DNA of 64,000 nt from a virus, in IMG/VR virus record IMGVR_UViG_3300037461_001787, positions 1 through 64,000 of that record; one strand, 5' to 3'. This document shows positions 58,937 through 64,000 of the stretch, piece by piece; position 1 is the first letter of the stretch, and every line of letters begins with the position of its first letter. Position numbers and translations under genes: made by a program. The notes under the pieces were generated by a model. It saw nothing but the letters and a program-made list of their open reading frames with translations. It searched no databases and was not told the DNA's origin.

Positions 58937-59386
58937 ATGGCTGCCAAAGGAAATCTTTTCACCGGTGCAAGGGCTCGATTTCTGATTGAAGGTGTCAAAG
59001 TCGGCTACGCAACCAGTGTCGCCATCACCGAAGAGATCGAATATCAGCCAGTTGAAGTGCTCGACAACATCGAGGTGGAGGAACACGTCCCGGTGGCGTA
59101 TCGAGTGCGATTTTCCGCGCGGAAGTTTCGGATTGTTGGCGAGACGCTCAAAAGCAGGGGCTGGTTCCCTGCCACCGGAAAGAATACGGACGAGCACCTG
59201 GCGAACATCCTTGACGCGGGGGTGCTTTCGGCGCAGATTGAAGACACCAAGACAAGCAAAGTCATCAGCTACCTGGATCAGGTGAAGATCGCCAGCCACA
59301 ATTGGACGGTGGACGCTCGCGGGATTGTGGGCGAGGATGTAGAATTCGTCGCCATCAGGACCAAAGACGAAAGCGAGTTGGTCTGA
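58937..59386 (+). CDS. tail tube protein
   Basis: 149 aa directly after the sheath; TGARA....G..VG.A...EHVP..Y motif. Confidence 0.88.
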   Translation: MAAKGNLFTGARARFLIEGVKVGYATSVAITEEIEYQPVEVLDNIEVEEHVPVAYRVRFSARKFRIVGETLKSRGWFPATGKNTDEHLANILDAGVLSAQIEDTKTSKVISYLDQVKIASHNWTVDARGIVGEDVEFVAIRTKDESELV

Positions 59387-59419
59387 GACAGAATGCTCGG
59401 GCCTATAGTCTGAGCGAGT

Positions 59420-59468
59420 AAAGGGCCCTGGATGTCTCCCCCCCGCATCCGGCGGCCCTTTCTTTTTT
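59420..59468 (+). terminator. intrinsic terminator after the tube gene
   Basis: AAAGGGCC-CTGGATG...CATCCGG-C-GGCCCTTT followed by CTTTTTT. Confidence 0.75.
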
Positions 59469-59532
59469 GAGGGATTGCTCTCTCCCAGCGCATCTCGTAT
59501 TCTCAGCGCAGACCCCAGGAAGGAGAGCGAGC

Positions 59533-60060
59533 ATGGCTGATAAGATTGGAATCCCCCCAGGTACGTATGAGAAGTTGACCAAACCGGAGCATCTTCGTTC
59601 CATGATTCCAGAGGAGTTGGAAACCATCAAGGAGGCCATTGGCCGCAGAATGGAAAGCTTGGCAGAAGGCGTTCCAGAAAACGAAAAGGAAGCTGACAAT
59701 CCACGATTGCAACGCGAGTATACTTTTGATTTTCGCTGGAAGGATGGACGGGGCAAAGTCTGGACAGGGAGCTTTACCAACCGCGTGCTCAGTATCCGTG
59801 ATCGGCAGTTGATGGGGATCATGCGTTCCAATTTAGGCGCGGGAATATCTCCAACGAATCTTGATGGGCTCACCGCTGAAATCAATCTGATGGTAGCGCA
59901 TCTATCTTTCAGTTTGGTTTCTCGGCCCAAGTGGGCTGAGGATTTGCTCGCGCTCGATGATGTCCGGCTGCTGCAAGAGATCTACACGGAGGTGGTCTCG
60001 CACGAGTCTACCTTTCTCGGATATGCGAAAAGTTCGCTATCGAGCGGAGCGGGAAGTTGA
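59533..60060 (+). CDS. tail assembly chaperone
   Basis: Between tube and tape measure; P.W pattern; AGGAG RBS. Confidence 0.75.
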   Translation: MADKIGIPPGTYEKLTKPEHLRSMIPEELETIKEAIGRRMESLAEGVPENEKEADNPRLQREYTFDFRWKDGRGKVWTGSFTNRVLSIRDRQLMGIMRSNLGAGISPTNLDGLTAEINLMVAHLSFSLVSRPKWAEDLLALDDVRLLQEIYTEVVSHESTFLGYAKSSLSSGAGS

Positions 60061-60370
60061 ATCGGGGCTGGCCGGACTAAAGCGCTGGTGGAGCGGGAAG
60101 TACAAGTTACCGCCCAATCATGCGCTATTTCTGGAACAGAGTGTGTCTGAGCTGAACCAGGAAATGATCGAGGATCTACTGACGCGCAAGCGCGAGATTC
60201 TTTCAGCGCTGGAAAACGACGAGTTGTCGATGAAAGAGCAGCAGGAGTTGAGCCGGCAGATGCGCGCGATATTGTCTGCGCTCGGCGACCCAGTTGAGAC
60301 GGAAGATGCGTTGGTTGATCAATGGGAGCGCGATCTGGAAGAAGGGCGCATACCTGATCTGGAGGCATAG
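60014..60370 (+). CDS. tail assembly chaperone, second part (probably reached by +1 frameshift)
   Basis: WW..KY.LPPNH..F motif; overlaps the first ORF in the +1 frame; no close RBS. Confidence 0.65.
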   Translation, partial: FSDMRKVRYRAEREVESGLAGLKRWWSGKYKLPPNHALFLEQSVSELNQEMIEDLLTRKREILSALENDELSMKEQQELSRQMRAILSALGDPVETEDALVDQWERDLEEGRIPDLEA

Positions 60371-60372
60371 CG

Positions 60373-62733
60373 ATGGCAGGCGAGATCCGTACCGGGGTAG
60401 TCATTGCCGCTGAAGCGCAGGGCTTTGATGAAGCGCTCCAGAAAATCCTCAAAGTCAATGAGTCAACGCTCAAGGGCATGAAGGAACAAGCCAAGAGCTA
60501 CGACGAAGCTCAGGCAAAGATTTTGGGACTTGAGGGCCAAATCGGAAAGCTCGCCAAAACCCAAGCCTCACTCTATGAATCGATGAGTGGGATCAAGGAC
60601 AAATCTTCTGCGGCCTACAAAGCTCTGGCCGAAAGCCTGAAGGACGTGCAGGGGCAGTCGGCAGATCTGGAAGGGGCGGTCAAAAATCTGGAAAAGGCCT
60701 ACGCCGCTGAAGCGCGTGCGGTGAAAGAATTGAACCGCGCGGAAGAGCAGTTGGCCAAGACGGAAGAACGGCGCCAGCAGAACGCTGCCAGAGAGCAAGA
60801 GCGCGAGGATCAGAAGCGCAGTCAAGCGGAACAGCAGGGCAAGTGGGCTTTCACCCAGGGCTTCGCGCAGACCGCAACCCCTTGGATGGCGCCATTGTTT
60901 CTGCAGCGCGGCCCAGGATTTTTGCGCCAAGCCGCGGGGCAGATGACTGGCGCTGCGGTACGCGGGGGGCTGCAGCGCGCCGGGGCTTTTGGGGGTGCAG
61001 TATTGCAAGCGCCATTTCAAGGCGCGCAAGGGTTAGCGAGCATGATGGGGGCGCTGCCCATCCCAGGCGCTGGAATTCTCGGCGGGCTGATGGGCACTGC
61101 GACCGGATATGCCGGGCGAGCGATGGAGTGGCATCGGCAACGGCTTGAAGCGCTCCCGTATATCGGCGGCGGGCTTGAGATGGGCCAAGGGCGCGGAACG
61201 TTGGATGCGCGAACCCAATCAATCCAGAAACAGTTCAATCTGGAATACAATGCCGCAGAGAAGACAGCGATTCGAGCGACAAGTGCTGCCCGAGCGTGGG
61301 ATAAAATTGGTGGAGCAGCTAGTCTTTTGCCCCTGAACATAAGCGGATCACTTCCAGAAAACATCGATCGGCTCGCAGGGAGAGGGCCTGGGTTTCGTGA
61401 TGCAAATAAAAGACTGCGGAGCGCCAAGCTTGCCGAGATAGAAGCCAGGAAAAAGTATCCCCTGGAATCATTGTTAGCACCCGTTCGCAAAAGAGCCGAG
61501 GTTGGGCTGGAAGCGGTGCGCGCAGAACGCGGGCAGCTCAACGCGCGATATCAAGAGCCTTACTACGCTGCTCAGCGCGAAGGCCTCCAGTTCGGCATGG
61601 CCAAAGATCAGGCGCTCCAAGCGATGACTGCAATCATTCGCGGAGGCGGTGGTGGCGGGCGCGAAATGCTGAGCCAAGGCATGCTCCAGACCGGATTTGC
61701 CGCGCAGACTCTTTTCGGGATCGGTCCTGAGACTTCTGGCGCGTTCCTGCAAGCGGGGCGTCGTGGAGGTATTGTTGGGGGTCCAGGGAGAGCCGACCAG
61801 CTGATGACGCAAGCGCTTGCTGATGGTCTCAAACTCGGGCTGGAAGGCAGTGAGCTAGTCGATTACATGCAGTCGATGGCCGAGGGCATCCAGCAATGGG
61901 AGACCACGGGTATCCCGATCGCTCCAGACGCCATCAAGGCCATGGCTACGAGCTTTTCGCAAGCGGGAATTTCTGGAACCCGGGCAGCACAGATGGCGCG
62001 TGGGGCGGCAGGTTATATCCAGAATATTGGGGCCCGGGGCCCGCAGGGCGGGCTTGATCTAATGCTGCTTAACAAGATGGGCGGTTACACTGGCGTGGGC
62101 GGTGCCGCGGAATATGAGAGAGCCGTGCTCCAGATGGAGGATCTGGGTGGAAAATTGCGGGAAGGTGGAGTAGGTGCAGTGGGAGCGGACAAAGGGTTGA
62201 GCGACACCATGCGCTCGATCATGGAGATGGGTGGAGGGGGCGCGACCGGCCGGTTTTTCTTGCGCAGTGTGCTCGGCAAACAGATGGGCATCCAGATGGG
62301 GCAGCGTGAAATAGGGTTACTGGAGAAGCAGCTCACCGGCGGGAAGCTCACTCCCGAAGAACAAAAGTACGTGGATGCGGAGGCCGCTCGGCGGGCTGAA
62401 GGAGAAGGGCGTGCAGGAATAGTCGGCACACCAGGAGGGCTTATCAAGACCGCAAAAGGTGCCGTTCCGGGAGATTTGCGCTCCCAGGCCGCTATCCAGA
62501 ATCAACAGATTGCCGCTGGCGAGCAGATGATTGGAATCGTGAACCGCATGGACAAAGCTGCAGTAGATCTCGTCAAAGCATTTGCCAATCTTGCTGGGGA
62601 TAGTGGGATCATCGCGGATTTGACCAAAAAGTTCGAAAATTTTGGAGAGGCAATCGAAAAGGCGACTGGACAGAGAGATGTAACTTTCGGTGACGTTTGG
62701 GAAGCTGGAAAACAAGCGTTGGGACTGAATTGA
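60373..62733 (+). CDS. tape measure protein
   Basis: Long Ala/Gly/Gln-rich helical ORF after the chaperones. Confidence 0.8.
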   Translation: MAGEIRTGVVIAAEAQGFDEALQKILKVNESTLKGMKEQAKSYDEAQAKILGLEGQIGKLAKTQASLYESMSGIKDKSSAAYKALAESLKDVQGQSADLEGAVKNLEKAYAAEARAVKELNRAEEQLAKTEERRQQNAAREQEREDQKRSQAEQQGKWAFTQGFAQTATPWMAPLFLQRGPGFLRQAAGQMTGAAVRGGLQRAGAFGGAVLQAPFQGAQGLASMMGALPIPGAGILGGLMGTATGYAGRAMEWHRQRLEALPYIGGGLEMGQGRGTLDARTQSIQKQFNLEYNAAEKTAIRATSAARAWDKIGGAASLLPLNISGSLPENIDRLAGRGPGFRDANKRLRSAKLAEIEARKKYPLESLLAPVRKRAEVGLEAVRAERGQLNARYQEPYYAAQREGLQFGMAKDQALQAMTAIIRGGGGGGREMLSQGMLQTGFAAQTLFGIGPETSGAFLQAGRRGGIVGGPGRADQLMTQALADGLKLGLEGSELVDYMQSMAEGIQQWETTGIPIAPDAIKAMATSFSQAGISGTRAAQMARGAAGYIQNIGARGPQGGLDLMLLNKMGGYTGVGGAAEYERAVLQMEDLGGKLREGGVGAVGADKGLSDTMRSIMEMGGGGATGRFFLRSVLGKQMGIQMGQREIGLLEKQLTGGKLTPEEQKYVDAEAARRAEGEGRAGIVGTPGGLIKTAKGAVPGDLRSQAAIQNQQIAAGEQMIGIVNRMDKAAVDLVKAFANLAGDSGIIADLTKKFENFGEAIEKATGQRDVTFGDVWEAGKQALGLN

Positions 62734-62734
62734 C

Positions 62735-64000
62735 ATGGCCAACGTTTATAAAACTGGATATCAAGGCAGTGAGACCAGCTGGGTGGAGGTCATTCTTTAC
62801 TCGCATGGCGATGATCCGTTGGTCATGCTGCCGGATGGAATGGGCCGATATCCATTTTCTGGAAAACGCGCAGACTCAAGGCACCCATCGCTGGTCTCGG
62901 TATCGACGCAAAAGATGCTTGGAGCTGCGAGCGGCTCTTTTACGATCGACATCAAACCGTCGCTTGCGGCAGCGAACCTTTTTCAACATATCTGCGATGA
63001 CGACTGGGTGGACATTGTTTTCTACCGCCACTCTCAGCCGTGGCATGTGATGCGCGGGTTGATTGACGAAATTAGACGCAACCGTTCGGTGGGGGGCTCT
63101 GGGGCGACAACGCGAAGCTACACGCTCACGGGGCGGGATTTTGCCAAGATTTGGGAGATCACCCCGGTGTGGTTTTCACCTTGTGGTGATAAGGACATGG
63201 TTTCTGATGCGTGGGCTACGATGATTTTTCAAGCGATCCCGAGTTTGCGCGGAACGCCGCCGGAGGCAGTCAAAGCGTTTCTCTGGAATTTTATGGAGGC
63301 AGTGACGGTCACTGCGGGGGTCAATTGGGAGATGCCTGCAGGCATGCCCAATGGGGGTGGATCATTTTTGAAATGGGTGCAGTTCAATGACAATCACTAC
63401 TATAACACCCCTGCGCGAAAGTCTTTCAATCCAAATTTTCTGGACCCGAATAACACTCTTTGGGCGACGGCACAACAGCATGCTGATCCAGCGTTTGTTG
63501 AGGTCTACGCGGACATGCTGCCGGATGGCGGGCCATTTGATGCGCGCTTGCAATCGGGGGAACCCCTTGCTCCAAAAGATGCGCGAATGACTGTGGTGGT
63601 GCGCGATCGGCCTTTTCCTGTGGTGGACCCATTGATCGATTCCTGGCCGATCAGTTGGGACGCGGTGCCGCAGTTCACGGTGTTTCGACAGCAAATCGTC
63701 ACTGACAATGTGGGGCGCTCGGGATTGGAGCGATTCAATGCTTTCTTTGTCGCTAGTCAGCTTCATCAAGAGGCTTTTGGCCAAAATTCACTCAACATTC
63801 TCACTCCGCTGGTAGACTTCCAGTCGCTGCATCGGCATGGGTTGCGACGTTTTGATGTGCAGTCTTCGATGAGCCCTGATCAGCTCGACTTCTCCAAACT
63901 TTGTGAACAACAGCGGCGAATTGCAAAAGATTGGCATTGTTTGAATCCATACTTTTTATCAGGAACCATCAATCTTGGTATTGGGAGACCGGATATCAAG
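62735..64000 (+). CDS. baseplate hub-like protein (3'-truncated by the window end)
   Basis: Reads MANVYKTG...SVSTQK...SGSFTI...DDWVDI...MRGLIDEIRR...TLTGRDFAK; follows the tape measure gene; absent from the ORF track, consistent with no stop codon in the window. Confidence 0.7.
   Translation, partial: MANVYKTGYQGSETSWVEVILYSHGDDPLVMLPDGMGRYPFSGKRADSRHPSLVSVSTQKMLGAASGSFTIDIKPSLAAANLFQHICDDDWVDIVFYRHSQPWHVMRGLIDEIRRNRSVGGSGATTRSYTLTGRDFAKIWEITPVWFSPCGDKDMVSDAWATMIFQAIPSLRGTPPEAVKAFLWNFMEAVTVTAGVNWEMPAGMPNGGGSFLKWVQFNDNHYYNTPARKSFNPNFLDPNNTLWATAQQHADPAFVEVYADMLPDGGPFDARLQSGEPLAPKDARMTVVVRDRPFPVVDPLIDSWPISWDAVPQFTVFRQQIVTDNVGRSGLERFNAFFVASQLHQEAFGQNSLNILTPLVDFQSLHRHGLRRFDVQSSMSPDQLDFSKLCEQQRRIAKDWHCLNPYFLSGTINLGIGRPDIK

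Noticed and set aside
1629-62845. TTCCAGAA copies as a CRISPR or tandem repeat array
   Set aside because: The copies are 8-12 bp, dispersed, irregularly spaced and inside genes; there is no repeat-spacer structure and no cas genes.
1-64000. tRNA, rRNA, integrase, or DGR/retron reverse transcriptase
   Set aside because: No cloverleaf-like sequence, recombinase motif or reverse transcriptase motif was recognised by eye; tRNAscan and Infernal were not run.

Overview
This window is part of a large tailed dsDNA bacteriophage genome of myovirus type, with a head and tail module resembling SPO1/Twort/K phages. All credible genes lie on the + strand. About 1-14 kb holds accessory and early genes (ADP-ribosylglycohydrolase, deoxynucleoside kinase, J-domain protein, PHP phosphoesterase, many small ORFs) driven by four sigma70-like promoters that share a palindromic operator, followed by the large terminase. 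About 14-40 kb holds the portal and a cluster of large multidomain 'polyvalent' proteins: an SNF2 helicase with a class 3 intein and a zeta-like kinase, a zincin peptidase, MuF with an intein, pyrophosphatase and CCA/poly(A)-type nucleotidyltransferase, and a HipA/PI3K-like kinase with RAMA-like and ART-like domains. About 40-64 kb holds the prohead protease, scaffold, major capsid, decoration/fibre, neck, sheath, tube, tail chaperones, tape measure and the start of a baseplate hub. Main findings: (1) an apparent system in which the prohead protease cuts head-packaged polyproteins at [LVIMF]-x-K|[SAG] sites, exposing a shared GP(F/Y)IGP(K/R)GGKWADxxHTxxW tag in front of different enzymatic effectors; (2) the 8-mer TTCCAGAA/TTCTGGAA occurs about 80 times, in all six reading frames; (3) the MuF intein carries an inverted, decaying DUF559/Vsr-like endonuclease gene on the antisense strand. 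All calls come from reading motifs by eye; no database searches were run.
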